Shown in pieces: positions 9,537-19,939 of a DNA stretch of 64,000 nucleotides. The position numbers were made by a program, and so were the translations under genes. The notes beneath the pieces are model-generated. The model searched no databases. It was not told the origin of the DNA and was given only the letters and a program-made list of their open reading frames with translations. Each line of letters starts with the position of its first letter. Position 1 is the first letter of the stretch. Origin of the DNA: Minisyncoccota bacterium (lineage in GTDB: Bacteria; Patescibacteriota; Minisyncoccia; Phycocordibacterales; CAIZLB01); NCBI GenBank assembly GCA_036405975.1, contig DASWWM010000013.1:40649-104648 (forward strand). Reading direction: 5' to 3'.

Positions 9537-10628
9537 ATGGCGAATCCTAATCAATTTCTCAATCCGAAAATATTCGACGCTGACGTGGATCAGGTTCCCA
9601 TCCGAAAAGGGTTCGGAGAAGGGCTTTTGCTTGCTGCGGAGAGTAACAAGAACATCGTAGGCCTCTGTGCGGACCTTACTGAGTCGACCCAGATGCTTCC
9701 GTTTAAGAAGAAATTTCCGGAGAGGTTTGTCGAAATTGGCATTGCTGAGCAAAACTTGGCATCGGTTGCTTCGGGAATGGCTGCTATGGGAAAAGTGCCA
9801 TTCATCACTTCGTACGCAATGTTCAGCCCTGGAAGAAACTGGGAGCAGATCAGGACGACTGTCGCATACAATGATCGGAAAGTGATCATTGCCGGTTCTC
9901 ATGCCGGCGTATCCGTCGGGCCTGACGGAGGAACGCATCAGGCAATCGAAGATATCGCCATCACTCGAGTCATTCCGAATATGGCAGTTATTGTCCCGTG
10001 CGACGCTCTTGAGGCCAGAAAGGCGACTATCGCGCTCGCTCTCTCAAAGGATGAGGGCGGAATCTCAAGCCCTGCATATCTGCGCCTTGCACGAGAGAAG
10101 ACACCTGTCATTACGACTGAGGATGCCCCTTTTGAGATCGGAAAGGCAAGAGTCGTATACTCGCTGACGGAAGATGAGTTCATGGAGGCGAAATCGGTCA
10201 GGTCTAGCGGCTCACTCACGCTGAAGCTCGACGGAGAGAATAATATCCGTCACGACGTCGGAGTGATCGCATGCGGAGCGCTTCTTCATAAGGCACTGAA
10301 AGTTGCAGAAGCGCTCAAGAAAGAAGGGCTTGCTGTTACTGTTATGAATCTTGCAACTATCAAGCCACTCGACGGTGCCGCCGTACTTCAGCTTGCAGCC
10401 GAGACTGGTGCCATCGTAACTGTCGAGGAACACCAGATTGCAGGAGGAATGGGAAGTGCCGTTGCGGAACTTCTTGCTCAAAACGAACCTGTGCCTATCG
10501 AGTTCGTGGGAGTGCATGACGAGTTTGGCCAATCAGGAACTCCTGACGAGCTCATTGAGAGATACGGCATGGGCGAATCGCATATAAAGGAAGCCATCCA
10601 GAAGGTTCTTGCTCGGAAAAATAAATAG
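9537..10628 (+). CDS. Transketolase, C-terminal subunit
   Basis: Pyrimidine-binding and C-terminal transketolase blocks. Starts 1 nt after the N-terminal subunit's stop codon. Confidence 0.85.
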   Translation: MANPNQFLNPKIFDADVDQVPIRKGFGEGLLLAAESNKNIVGLCADLTESTQMLPFKKKFPERFVEIGIAEQNLASVASGMAAMGKVPFITSYAMFSPGRNWEQIRTTVAYNDRKVIIAGSHAGVSVGPDGGTHQAIEDIAITRVIPNMAVIVPCDALEARKATIALALSKDEGGISSPAYLRLAREKTPVITTEDAPFEIGKARVVYSLTEDEFMEAKSVRSSGSLTLKLDGENNIRHDVGVIACGALLHKALKVAEALKKEGLAVTVMNLATIKPLDGAAVLQLAAETGAIVTVEEHQIAGGMGSAVAELLAQNEPVPIEFVGVHDEFGQSGTPDELIERYGMGESHIKEAIQKVLARKNK

Positions 10629-10632
10629 CATA

Positions 10633-10666
10633 AAAAGGCCCGTCGAGCATTCTCGGCGGGCCTTTT
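10633..10666. terminator. Bidirectional rho-independent terminator between convergent genes
   Basis: aaaaggcccg...cgggcctttt, flanked by a T-run on the + strand and an A-run on the - strand. Confidence 0.5.
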
Positions 10667-10672
10667 CCTGTC

Positions 10673-12376
10673 TTATTTTCGTATGATGTACTTTTCTATC
10701 TCGGCAATGCTGCCGCCAACTTTCTTGTTCGGATTCCAGATGTTCAAGGGGTCGAAGGCGTTCTTGATCTCGACGAACATCTGATATGTCCTGGGTCCAT
10801 AGAAGCCTTTCAGGAAAGGGGACCGGATGATTCCATCGCTGTGGTCCGCACTCATATTTCCTCCGAGCTTGTGCACGAGCTTGAATACAGCTTTGCATAA
10901 TTCCGAAATTTGCCTGACGATGTCCGGCCTGCTGACATCGAAGATCGGAATTACGCGAAGGGCGCCGTCACCGATATGTCCATGGAATCCGTATTTGATA
11001 TTTCTGTTCTTGAGGATTGAGATGAGTTCCGGAATGAATACGTCGAATTTGCGGATCGGAACGATAATGTCCTCGATGCAGGGGATAGCATGGTTGGTTC
11101 CTTGCACGTCATCTCGCATGACGCCGAAGCTTGATCTGCGGATGGTCCAAAGTGCCTGGTATAGGAGCATGTCGGTCACATGCACGGGCGATACCATGCA
11201 GTCGGCCTGCATCCTTACTCGCACTGTCTCGGCGACATCGTGCACTTCTTCTATCGTGTCACCCGCAAACTCTGCGAGAATCATCAGCTCTGTCTCGGCG
11301 CTGAACAGCGTTCGCACCAGGCCGGCCTCAGCCGGCTTGAACTTCTGGGCGCTGTTCAGCGTATTCACGTCAAACGTCTCGACGGACTCGGGCTTATGAG
11401 CCATGATGATTTGCAAAATGCCCGGGAGCTTCGAGAGGGAAGCAACCGGCATGGCGAGAAGGGCATGCGCTTTTCTTGACTCGTTGAGTCTGAGTCGTGC
11501 TTTCGTGATGATCCCGAGAGTCGATTGGCTGCCTACGAAAAGCGGCGCGAGGTTGAGCATTCCTGTCTCCTTGTCGTATACCCGTTCTATTCTGTAGCCT
11601 GAGGCACATTTCGGAACCGGCCGCCTCATGGCCTGGATTTCTCTAGAATATTGCTGGATTATTTTGCCGATCTTTCTGTATATCTGTCCCTCCGCATCAT
11701 CCTTGCTCCTTTTCGATACGAATTCCTCCGGTGAGAGAGGGCCAAATGTGTAGATCTCGCCGTCTGAAAGCACGACATCAACGGATTCAACGTTGTCGAT
11801 CGTTGCGCCGTACAAAATGCTCTTCTCTCCCGACGAGTTGTTTCCGATCATGCCTCCGACGCCGCAGATATCTTTCGATGACGTGTATCCAGAGAAGAAT
11901 AGGTTTCTGGTAAGCATTTCGGCCTCAAGGTCGCGGTACATGACGCCCATCTCGACTTCGGCCATCTTTGCTTCGAAGTCCACCTCGAATGCATTCATGT
12001 ACTTCGTCAGGTTGATGATGATTCCCGTGCTGAGCGAGCCTCCGGACATGCACGTTCCACCCGCTCGCGTCGAGAGGGTAACGGCTGCTTGGTTCAGTTT
12101 CGGTGATCCGATCCTGAGAGACTGGCTAATGGAGTCGACGAGTCTTTTGATGCTGCCGATCGCGCCTTGCCTTTTCATTTCCAATTCATTCACTTTCTTT
12201 GCCAGGATGCGAATCTCGATATTGTTTCTCGGATACACGACGACTTTCGGACGAACGACAAAGGCGCTGGCGTCTCGCGAGTGGAGATCGAGAACTGACT
12301 GGTCCGAAGTGAAGTCGTACTTTTTCTCAGTGAGAAATGCGAGCATTGTCTGAAGTGAATCGGTTGGTATGTTCAT
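10673..12376 (-). CDS. FAD-linked oxidase (GlcD/D-lactate dehydrogenase-like FAD-binding PCMH family)
   Basis: GVGGMIGNNSSGEKSILYGATIDNVESVDVVLSDGEIY FAD-binding block and a C-terminal FAD-oxidase domain. TAA stop. Confidence 0.75.
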   Translation of the reverse strand: MNIPTDSLQTMLAFLTEKKYDFTSDQSVLDLHSRDASAFVVRPKVVVYPRNNIEIRILAKKVNELEMKRQGAIGSIKRLVDSISQSLRIGSPKLNQAAVTLSTRAGGTCMSGGSLSTGIIINLTKYMNAFEVDFEAKMAEVEMGVMYRDLEAEMLTRNLFFSGYTSSKDICGVGGMIGNNSSGEKSILYGATIDNVESVDVVLSDGEIYTFGPLSPEEFVSKRSKDDAEGQIYRKIGKIIQQYSREIQAMRRPVPKCASGYRIERVYDKETGMLNLAPLFVGSQSTLGIITKARLRLNESRKAHALLAMPVASLSKLPGILQIIMAHKPESVETFDVNTLNSAQKFKPAEAGLVRTLFSAETELMILAEFAGDTIEEVHDVAETVRVRMQADCMVSPVHVTDMLLYQALWTIRRSSFGVMRDDVQGTNHAIPCIEDIIVPIRKFDVFIPELISILKNRNIKYGFHGHIGDGALRVIPIFDVSRPDIVRQISELCKAVFKLVHKLGGNMSADHSDGIIRSPFLKGFYGPRTYQMFVEIKNAFDPLNIWNPNKKVGGSIAEIEKYIIRK

Positions 12377-12465
12377 TTTTTATTTTGAAGTGCTATAAGG
12401 TGAATCGTATGAGTCGAAAGCGAGTCCGGAAAAAAGTCGGTCCGGATCCAGTTGGCGCCTTCGCG

Positions 12466-13470
12466 TTAGAGAATCTCCGCTGTCCAAGTGGCCGGTGCTG
12501 CCGCGATGTACTTTTCGATCTGCTGGAGAGGGAGGAGTCCGGCCTGTGCACCGACATGCTGGCAGACGCTCATTGAGTTGATAGATCCCCATTTCATGGC
12601 CTCTTCTCTCGTTTTTCCGAGAGCGATGGCCGTGCTGAACGTCGAAGCGAATGCATCTCCTGCCCCTGTTCGGTCTACTGGCGGAGCGATGTCTGGATAG
12701 ATCGGGACTCGAATGAGCTGGTCAGCCTCGTTAATGACATACGAGCCGTTCGGTCCGTCAGTGATGACGGGCAGTTTCGGTCCGAGCGCCTTAAGTCCTT
12801 CAAGGAGCGCTCGGACATCAGAGGTATTGTTATTGAGAATGATCTGCGCTTCCTCAAGGTTGCAGAAGAAGAGCTCCGATCGTTCATAGATCATTTTCAA
12901 TTTCTCAGTACCGAACTTGATCTGATACGTGCCTGGCTGGAAGACGAGCTTTATGCCGGGGTTCTTGTCGAGGTAATCGGCAAGGTGCTGATGGAAATCG
13001 AGCGACTTCTCGCTGAGCGAGCTGAGATAGAGCCATTTTGATCCTGAGATGTCAGGAAGCGTGAGAGGGAAGTCCTCATGCTTGATGAGGATGGTCCGCT
13101 CGCTGCCAAACCAGAGAACGTAGTGGTAGTTGGTCTTCAAGCCTTTATGGATCTCTATGTATCGAGTGTCCACTCCGTCACTCTTGAGCTTGGCGAGGCA
13201 TTTCCTGCCGTTCTCATCGTCCCCGAGATGCGAAATGAGTCCGGAGCTAAGACCAAGCCTTGATGCTGAAACGGCAGCATTTGCGCTGTTTCCGACCGCA
13301 ACCACTTCCTCGGCTGACTCAAACGGGAGCTTCGTTCCGAAGATCATGCAAAGCTCATTCTTCTGTGTTTCCTTATTGACGGTCTCATGCGCGTCCTTGA
13401 GTCGAATAAATGCGTCGATGACGGTATCGCCGATGGCGACGAATTCAGGCTTTTTCTTGAAGATGTTCAT
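12466..13470 (-). CDS. PfkB-family carbohydrate/nucleoside kinase (ribokinase-like)
   Basis: C-terminal GAGDAFASTF anion-hole motif and an N-terminal GG dipeptide region (AIGDTVID). Confidence 0.75.
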   Translation of the reverse strand: MNIFKKKPEFVAIGDTVIDAFIRLKDAHETVNKETQKNELCMIFGTKLPFESAEEVVAVGNSANAAVSASRLGLSSGLISHLGDDENGRKCLAKLKSDGVDTRYIEIHKGLKTNYHYVLWFGSERTILIKHEDFPLTLPDISGSKWLYLSSLSEKSLDFHQHLADYLDKNPGIKLVFQPGTYQIKFGTEKLKMIYERSELFFCNLEEAQIILNNNTSDVRALLEGLKALGPKLPVITDGPNGSYVINEADQLIRVPIYPDIAPPVDRTGAGDAFASTFSTAIALGKTREEAMKWGSINSMSVCQHVGAQAGLLPLQQIEKYIAAAPATWTAEIL

Positions 13471-13576
13471 ATGTGGTCAAGTATATCACGCAGGTGACGG
13501 CCCGCCCCTGTTGAAAAAGGCCTGTGGCGGGCCGTACATTTGCCTTTTTGAGAAATATATATATAATCAGGGGACC

Positions 13577-14209
13577 ATGAAATTGACTATTGAAAAGCGA
13601 AGCGGTGATGCGGCATCGGTCCGAGCTCAGGGAAAAGTACCTGGCGTATTTTACGGTCCAAAGGCTACCCCTACTTCTATCGCTGCAAACTCATCAGAAT
13701 TTAACAGGATTTGGAGAGAGGCGGGTGAATCCACAGTCATCACTCTTACCGGAGTAGACGAGGATCACGATGCTCTCATTCACGACATCCAGAAAGACGC
13801 GGTCAGCGGCGAAATCAAGCACGTAGACTTTTACATCATCGAAAAGGGCAAGAAGGTAGAAGTTGCCATCCCTCTCGAGTTCGTCGGAGAGGCTCCAGCC
13901 GTAAAGGCATTCGGAGGTACTCTTATTAAGGTTATGCATGAGCTTGAGATCGAAGCGCTTCCAAAGGATCTCCCTCACGCCATCGAAGTCGACATCTCAT
14001 CTCTTGTTGATCTCGACGCCCAGATCAAGGTATCAGACATCAAGCTTCCAAAGGGAGTTGAGGCTAAGGTTGATGCAGAGGAGGTTGTCGCTCTCGTAAA
14101 CGCTGCCAAGGAAGAGACAGAAGAGGCTCCTACGTCTATCGACATGTCAGCCATCGGTCTTTCAGACCAGAAGGGCAAGAAGGATGACGAAGAGGCAGCA
14201 GCCGAGTAA
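13577..14209 (+). CDS. rplY: 50S ribosomal protein L25 (Ctc form)
   Basis: MKLTIEKRSGDA...GKVPGVFYG...HVDFYII. ORF 13130..14209 has a spurious N-terminal extension; real start is the ATG at 13577. Confidence 0.85.
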   Translation: MKLTIEKRSGDAASVRAQGKVPGVFYGPKATPTSIAANSSEFNRIWREAGESTVITLTGVDEDHDALIHDIQKDAVSGEIKHVDFYIIEKGKKVEVAIPLEFVGEAPAVKAFGGTLIKVMHELEIEALPKDLPHAIEVDISSLVDLDAQIKVSDIKLPKGVEAKVDAEEVVALVNAAKEETEEAPTSIDMSAIGLSDQKGKKDDEEAAAE

Positions 14210-14257
14210 TCCACAGATTCCCGCAGAATCTTCACAGAAACCCACTATTTTTTCAGG

Positions 14258-14293
14258 AAAGGGCCCGATTCTTCATAATCGGGCCCTTTTTAT
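14258..14293 (+). terminator. Rho-independent terminator after rplY
   Basis: gggcccgatt-cttcat-aatcgggccc followed by tttttat. Confidence 0.5.
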
Positions 14294-14322
14294 ATGCATG
14301 CCCATGTCATATAATAAAACTC

Positions 14323-15675
14323 ATGTTTGGAACAATTCGAAAGTCTCATATTTTTATTGCGGCAATTCTCGCAATCGGTTTTTTTACAGCATCGGTCACT
14401 TCAAGCTTTGCACAGGACCTGACACCTGAGCAGGAGGCCAAGCTCCGGGCAGATCTGGCGGCCATCGAAGCTGAAATCAAGCAGCAGGAAGCCATCCTGA
14501 CCCAGAAGAGGACGGAAGGCGTATCCATCGAGCGAGATGTGAGCATTCTCAATGCCAAGATCAAAAGCGCACAGCTTAAGATCAGGCAGCATGAGCTTGT
14601 CATAAGCAATCTCGGAAAGGATATCTCCGTCAAGAACAACACTATTACCGCGCTCGGGACGCGTATCGACAATAGCCGGGAATCCCTCGCGCAGGTTATC
14701 GAGCGGACGCGGGAAATCGACAACTACAGCATAGCTGAAGCCATCCTCAGCAATCAGGACATCTCGAAGTTCTTCATCGACCTCGACTCATTCGCATCGA
14801 TCCAGCAGTCGCTCAAGACGCATCTGGACGGCATCAAGGATGCAAAGTCTCAGAATGAGACAGTCAAGAAAGACCTGGACGTGAAGCGAAACAAGGAAAT
14901 CGACGTAAAGGTAAATGTCGAAAGGGAGACGAACATCATCAAGCAGGCGGAGGCCGAGAAGAAGAGGCTCCTGAATCTCAATAAGAACGAGCAGAAGAAT
15001 TATCAGACGAACATCGCTAGCAATAATGCAAAGGCAACTGCTATCCGAAACCAGCTCTTCAAGCTTCGAGATGCAGGGCCGATCAAGTTCGGAGATGCGG
15101 TTACGTATGCCAAGGCTGCAGAAGCCAGAACAGGGGTTCGGGCAGCATTCGTCCTTGCGATCATCCAGCAAGAAAGTAACCTTGGTGCGAATGTGGGACG
15201 GTGCTACCTGACTGATGCGGCAACAGGGGCCGGCGTAGCTGCCTCTACCGGGAAAGCCTTCCCGAACCTCATGAAGGCCAGCCGAGACGTCCAGCCATTC
15301 ATGAAGATCACGGCTGACCTTGGTCGGGATCCATACAAGACTCTCGTATCTTGTCCGCTCAGCGTCGGGTACGGAGGTGCCATGGGTCCTGCGCAGTTCA
15401 TTCCGTCTACATGGCAGATCTTCGCGGCTCGAATCGCCACGGCTCTGGGAAAGCCTGCCTCTGACCCGTGGAATCCTCAGGACGCGTTCATGGCTTCGTC
15501 CATGTACCTCGGGGACCTTGGGGCTGGTGCCAAAACTCACACCACCGAGCGAAATGCTGCCTGCAGGTATTATTCAGGACGGTCTTGCAGCGGTTCGAAT
15601 ACCTTCTACGGAGACCAGGTTATGGCCCGAGTGAACAATATCCAGAACAATATCGATATCCTGCAGGGAATCTAG
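14323..15675 (+). CDS. Secreted coiled-coil protein with a C-terminal lytic-transglycosylase-like (SLT) domain
   Basis: Signal peptide, then about 250 aa of heptad-rich sequence, then [15 protein letters not shown]...[10 protein letters not shown], an SLT-like catalytic Glu-Ser motif. Confidence 0.6.
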   Translation: MFGTIRKSHIFIAAILAIGFFTASVTSSFAQDLTPEQEAKLRADLAAIEAEIKQQEAILTQKRTEGVSIERDVSILNAKIKSAQLKIRQHELVISNLGKDISVKNNTITALGTRIDNSRESLAQVIERTREIDNYSIAEAILSNQDISKFFIDLDSFASIQQSLKTHLDGIKDAKSQNETVKKDLDVKRNKEIDVKVNVERETNIIKQAEAEKKRLLNLNKNEQKNYQTNIASNNAKATAIRNQLFKLRDAGPIKFGDAVTYAKAAEARTGVRAAFVLAIIQQESNLGANVGRCYLTDAATGAGVAASTGKAFPNLMKASRDVQPFMKITADLGRDPYKTLVSCPLSVGYGGAMGPAQFIPSTWQIFAARIATALGKPASDPWNPQDAFMASSMYLGDLGAGAKTHTTERNAACRYYSGRSCSGSNTFYGDQVMARVNNIQNNIDILQGI

Positions 15676-15718
15676 CCCTCATTTGCCTAAAAAACCCAAA
15701 TACTGTATAGTAGCCCCC

Positions 15719-15937
15719 ATGAAAGCAGACATCCATCCTACATATAACTCAAATGCAACATTTACATGCGCATGCGGATCTTCTTTTAAGATCGGCTCCG
15801 TAAAGGAAAATGTGAGCGTCGAAATCTGCTCAAAGTGCCATCCTTTTTACACTGGTACTGAGAAGGTTCTCGATGCTGCCGGCCGAGTAGACAAGTTCAA
15901 TACTCGACGAGCTGCAGCTGCAAAAAAGACGAAGTAG
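15719..15937 (+). CDS. rpmE: 50S ribosomal protein L31
   Basis: MKADIHPTY...[10 protein letters not shown]. Confidence 0.85.
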   Translation: MKADIHPTYNSNATFTCACGSSFKIGSVKENVSVEICSKCHPFYTGTEKVLDAAGRVDKFNTRRAAAAKKTK

Positions 15938-15992
15938 CTTCGCTGGAAAAGACTGCTCATGCGAATGGGCGGTTTTTTCTTTTGCCGCACGG

Positions 15993-17036
15993 ATGCGTGA
16001 TATCATTTACACAAACATGACTGACAACAATACAAACCCGACATACTCAAAGGAAGAACTCGATGAGCTGAAGCAGAATCATAAGACGAGCTTTTTCGCC
16101 TATGAGTACGACAGGCTCATTGCTCAGAGGGGCGAAGTGGAACAGATGATGTCCGATGAATCAATGGCCGACCTCGCTGCCGAAGAGCTCAAGGTCGTTG
16201 ACGAGCAGATCAAGGGCATTGTTGAGAAGATCGAACTCATTACGAAAGAGGACGAAGATGCGGACCAGTATCCATCCGAGATCATCCTCGAGGTCCGAGC
16301 GGGAACGGGAGGGGAAGAGGCCGCCCTCTTTGCCGAGCAGCTCGCTGGCATGTATCAAAAGTATGCCCTCATGAAAGGCTGGTCATCAAAGCTTGTCGAC
16401 TCTTCGGAAAGCCCGCTCGGAGGATTCAAGCAGGCGTCGTACGAAATGCGAGGTCCTGAAATCTACAAATATTTCAGATACGAGACCGGCGTTCACCGGG
16501 TACAGCGAGTTCCAGCTACTGAAAAGTCAGGACGTATTCATACATCTACGGCATCGGTTGCCATCCTTCCGATCAGAAAGAAGGTCAAGCTCGAAATTAA
16601 TCCGGCGGACATTGAAATGGAACTTTCACGATCCGGAGGGGCGGGAGGTCAGAACGTAAACAAAGTGGAGACTGCCGTACGACTCATCCATAAGCCGACC
16701 GGCATCGACGTTCGGTGTACATCCGAGCGAAGCCAGCTCAAGAACCGAGAGCGAGCCATGCAGATTCTCATGGCCAAGCTCCAGGTCCTCAAGGAAGAGG
16801 AAGAAGCGAAGAAATTCTCAAAGGACCGAAAGGACCAGATCGGAACGGGCGATAGGTCAGAAAAGATCAGGACCTATAACTTCCTTCAGGATCGAATCAC
16901 CGATCACCGAATCAAGCAGTCATGGCACAATATGGAAAATGTCATGCTCGGAAATATCGACATGATGGTTCAGGCCGTCCTGGATGCTGAGGCCAACGGA
17001 GGCGTTGATGCGGCTGGGGAATCTGACGATGAATAA
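15993..17036 (+). CDS. prfA: Peptide chain release factor 1
   Basis: GGQ motif ([17 protein letters not shown]) and PAT tripeptide (RVPATE), characteristic of RF1. Alternative start at 16017. Confidence 0.85.
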   Translation: MRDIIYTNMTDNNTNPTYSKEELDELKQNHKTSFFAYEYDRLIAQRGEVEQMMSDESMADLAAEELKVVDEQIKGIVEKIELITKEDEDADQYPSEIILEVRAGTGGEEAALFAEQLAGMYQKYALMKGWSSKLVDSSESPLGGFKQASYEMRGPEIYKYFRYETGVHRVQRVPATEKSGRIHTSTASVAILPIRKKVKLEINPADIEMELSRSGGAGGQNVNKVETAVRLIHKPTGIDVRCTSERSQLKNRERAMQILMAKLQVLKEEEEAKKFSKDRKDQIGTGDRSEKIRTYNFLQDRITDHRIKQSWHNMENVMLGNIDMMVQAVLDAEANGGVDAAGESDDE

Positions 17037-17063
17037 TGTTCTCCGACATGATACGATTTTCAT

Positions 17064-17366
17064 ATGGCAATCGTATTTGAGGAAGAGCAGCATGAGATAG
17101 AAAAGGACCAGGAAATTGCAGAGGCAAGGGAGGCCGTATCGGCATCCTTGGGAAAGGTGAAACAGTCAGTATGGGAGAAGGTCGCACTGGTTCTGTTTGC
17201 TGTGGCATGCCTCGCAGGAGCTGTCGCGATTCAGCTCTATTACAATCCGGAAGCAGCTGCCGGACTGAATAGGGTTTACAGGGAGGATGTCTCAGAGCAG
17301 GATCTGCGGCTCATTCCGCCTGCTGACCGGGAAGCGTACCTTAACTCGCTTCCGACAAGAAAATAA
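17064..17366 (+). CDS. Hypothetical small membrane protein
   Basis: 100 aa with one TM segment (VALVLFAVACLAGAVAIQLYY). Confidence 0.35.
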   Translation: MAIVFEEEQHEIEKDQEIAEAREAVSASLGKVKQSVWEKVALVLFAVACLAGAVAIQLYYNPEAAAGLNRVYREDVSEQDLRLIPPADREAYLNSLPTRK

Positions 17367-17370
17367 AACC

Positions 17371-17904
17371 ATGAGCACTTTTTCATATTCTCGTCTCAGC
17401 AAGACTCACAAAGGCGGCTTTACGCTCATTGAGCTCATCGTGGTGATCGCCATAGTTGGCCTTCTTGCCTCTGTCGGAGTCGCTTCGCTTGGACAGTCGC
17501 GGGAAAAGGCAAAGGTTGCCAAGGTTCAGGGCGAGTTCGGAGCCCTTGCTCAGGCTTTGGAGATGTTCCGGCAGGATCACAAGATGCTCCCTTCTTCCGG
17601 GATCGACGGGCAGGGACTGGCGGTCTCACAGCTTGTGGCGGACTATCTCACCCCGTACATAAGGGCAACGCCCGTCATGCCGTCTTCCTTGCTTGCGTCC
17701 CCGAACGTGTATTACCACTTGAATCCCATTGATGGCCAGGAATATGACTGCGGCCCAGTTACTGGCCGGGAGGAGTACATCCTGTACTTTATGGGCACCG
17801 CAGTTGCCAATGCCTCCGGCCAGTTTCCTCAAGTTTATGAGCGGGGAGGGGGCGTGGCGGCAGCTTTTTCAGCCGGCCGGTGCATTATCGTAACCCAGAA
17901 ATAG
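17371..17904 (+). CDS. Type IV pilin / pseudopilin (prepilin-type N-terminal cleavage/methylation domain)
   Basis: KGGFTLIELIVVIAIVGLLASV is the class III signal peptide with Gly at -1 and Glu at +5. Start at the internal Met of ORF 17287..17904. Confidence 0.7.
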   Translation: MSTFSYSRLSKTHKGGFTLIELIVVIAIVGLLASVGVASLGQSREKAKVAKVQGEFGALAQALEMFRQDHKMLPSSGIDGQGLAVSQLVADYLTPYIRATPVMPSSLLASPNVYYHLNPIDGQEYDCGPVTGREEYILYFMGTAVANASGQFPQVYERGGGVAAAFSAGRCIIVTQK

Positions 17905-17959
17905 GGCCTAGCCAGGCGGTTGCACGAGCTCAAGCCCTGTGGTAGACTCCTATTTACAT

Positions 17960-18682
17960 ATGTCAGCACATACAGAACAAAAGAACCCTGTGATCGAGGC
18001 CATGTACAAGATTGGCGCTCATTACGGATTTATCAAATCACGACGGCATCCAACCGTTAAGCCTTTTATCTTTGGCGCTAAAAATAAGATTGAAATCTTC
18101 GACCTCGAAAAGACTGAAGCTCAGCTCGAGGCGGCGATCGAATTTATCAAGAAGATTGCGGCAAGCGGCAAGCAAGTTGTATTCATCGGAAGCAAGAGCG
18201 AGGCTCGACAGGCCATCAAGGAGGCAGCTGACCGAATCGCACAGCCATACGTTGCAAGCCGATGGATCGGAGGATCATTCACGAACTTCGAAGTCATCCG
18301 AAAGCGAGTAGAGAAGCTTCTTGACCTTACAAGCCAGAAGGAGAAGGGCGAGCTCAACAAGTACACAAAGAAGGAGCGAGTCATGATCGACCGAGAAATC
18401 GAGCGACTTAACAACCTCTTCGGAGGCATCACAAGCATGACGACTCTTCCTGGTGCCATCTTCGTAGTAGATGCAAAGAAGGAGCACATCGCTGTTGCTG
18501 AAGCCATTGAGAAGAAGATCCCTGTGGTTGCTCTTGCTGGTTCTGACAATGACATTTCTGTAGTGACATACCCTCTTATCGCGAACGATGCATCCATCGA
18601 CAGCGTCAAATACTTTACTGACAAGATCTCTGAGGCATATGCCGAAGGAAAGAAGCTTGCAGGAAAGCCTGAAGTAAAATAA
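17960..18682 (+). CDS. rpsB: 30S ribosomal protein S2
   Basis: PFIFGAKNKIEIFDLEKT...VVFIGSKS... Confidence 0.9.
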   Translation: MSAHTEQKNPVIEAMYKIGAHYGFIKSRRHPTVKPFIFGAKNKIEIFDLEKTEAQLEAAIEFIKKIAASGKQVVFIGSKSEARQAIKEAADRIAQPYVASRWIGGSFTNFEVIRKRVEKLLDLTSQKEKGELNKYTKKERVMIDREIERLNNLFGGITSMTTLPGAIFVVDAKKEHIAVAEAIEKKIPVVALAGSDNDISVVTYPLIANDASIDSVKYFTDKISEAYAEGKKLAGKPEVK

Positions 18683-18684
18683 GC

Positions 18685-18719
18685 AAAAGCAGGCATGTCA
18701 CGGATATGCCTGCTTTTCT
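18685..18719 (+). terminator. Rho-independent terminator after rpsB
   Basis: agcaggcat-gtcacggat-atgcctgct followed by tttt. Confidence 0.45.
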
Positions 18720-18764
18720 ATTTCTTCACTTACTAATCTGATATAATACATTCAACAAAAAAAC

Positions 18765-19355
18765 ATGGCAGACGTATCAATGGAACAGATCAAGGCACTC
18801 CGAGACAAGACAGGCATCTCTGTCATGCAGTGCAAAAAGGCTCTTGAGGAGGCCGGAGGCGACGAAGAAAAGGCCCTCGTTCTCCTTCGAAAGAAGGGAG
18901 CTGAAATCGCAGCAAAGAAGTCGGACCGAGAGTTCGGCGCCGGAGCTGTAGCTGCATACATCCATTCAAATGGAATGGTGGGAGCCATGATCGAGCTCGT
19001 ATCAGAGACCGACTTCGTATCAAACAATGCCGAGTTCAAGACTCTTGCATACGACATTGCTATGCATATCTCTGCGACAAATCCTGAATTCACTCGAAAG
19101 GATGAGATCAAAGAAGAGGACAAGGCTAAGGCCATCGAGGTGTTCCAGGCGGAGGTGGAAGGAAAGCCTGAGAATCTCAAGGAGCAGATCCTTGCGGGAA
19201 AGCTTGATGCATACTTCAAGGAAAGGATCCTTCTTGAACAGCCGTTCATCAAGAATCCTGATCTTACGATCCAGCAGCTCCTGGACAATGCGATCCAGAA
19301 GTTCGGAGAGCGGATCGAGGTAGCTCGATTCACGCGAATGAAGATCGGCAAGTAG
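18765..19355 (+). CDS. tsf: Elongation factor Ts (short form)
   Basis: N-terminal UBA-like MEQIKALRDKTGISVMQCKKALEEAGGD and a dimerisation core. Confidence 0.85.
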   Translation: MADVSMEQIKALRDKTGISVMQCKKALEEAGGDEEKALVLLRKKGAEIAAKKSDREFGAGAVAAYIHSNGMVGAMIELVSETDFVSNNAEFKTLAYDIAMHISATNPEFTRKDEIKEEDKAKAIEVFQAEVEGKPENLKEQILAGKLDAYFKERILLEQPFIKNPDLTIQQLLDNAIQKFGERIEVARFTRMKIGK

Positions 19356-19379
19356 TCAGTACGCCCAGAGGGCAAACCT

Positions 19380-19760
19380 ATGAATTTAGCTTTGACAATA
19401 TTTGCGGTCGCCTTCGTTCTCGGTGCAGTAATCCTGCTTAACAAGAGAAGGGAAATGAGCCGCGGCAAGCCATGGTTCTTCATCGGAGGATCCGAGCTTG
19501 ATCAGGCGGTATATGACGCAGTTGAGTTCTTCATCTATGTCACGACGCATGCAAGCGTTAAGAGGACGAAGATGCTCTTTCGAAAGGCCCTCCTTTCGGC
19601 CGAGAAATTCTTCCTTGGAGCCTTCGAACGAATCGGCCACCGGTTCGGAATCGTGAGCGACATCATCACGGGGAAGGATCTTCCCAAGAACCGGGGCTCA
19701 GTGTCGTTCTTCCTTAAGAACATAGAAGTCAGCAAGCGGAACCGTTGCAAAAAAATATAG
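19380..19760 (+). CDS. Hypothetical membrane protein
   Basis: 126 aa with an N-terminal TM helix. Confidence 0.35.
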   Translation: MNLALTIFAVAFVLGAVILLNKRREMSRGKPWFFIGGSELDQAVYDAVEFFIYVTTHASVKRTKMLFRKALLSAEKFFLGAFERIGHRFGIVSDIITGKDLPKNRGSVSFFLKNIEVSKRNRCKKI

Positions 19761-19798
19761 TTCTGCTAGAATCATCAAGTACCAAATATTTGGTATCT

Positions 19799-19874
19799 GC
19801 CGCCTTAGCTCAGTTGGTAGAGCAACTGTTTTGTAAACAGTCGGTCCCCAGTTCGAATCTGGGAGGCGGCTCCA
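19799..19874 (+). tRNA. tRNA-Thr (anticodon TGT)
   Basis: Cloverleaf: acceptor GCCGCCT/AGGCGGC, D-stem GCTC/GAGC, anticodon stem ACTGT/ACAGT with loop TTTGTAA, T-arm CCCAG-TTCGAAT-CTGGG. CCA is encoded. Confidence 0.9.
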
Positions 19875-19891
19875 AAAAAAGAAAGATAATA

Positions 19892-19919
19892 AAAATCCCG
19901 AATCTCATTCGGGATTTTT
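19892..19919. terminator. Bidirectional terminator hairpin between tRNA-Thr and the convergent minus-strand gene
   Basis: aaaatcccgaat-ctc-attcgggatttt with A/T runs on both sides. Confidence 0.5.
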
Positions 19920-19939
19920 ATTATGAAGTCTTCTGCATA

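Noticed and set aside
9378-9938. 186-aa minus-strand ORF antisense to the two transketolase genes, and a 243-aa ORF (18752..19483) antisense to tsf.
   Set aside because: They overlap well-supported conserved genes on the opposite strand. No family resemblance.
13130-13576. N-terminal 150-aa extension of the rplY ORF (13130..14209).
   Set aside because: The extension is antisense to the PfkB kinase gene and spans the divergent promoter region. The conserved L25 sequence begins at the ATG at 13577.
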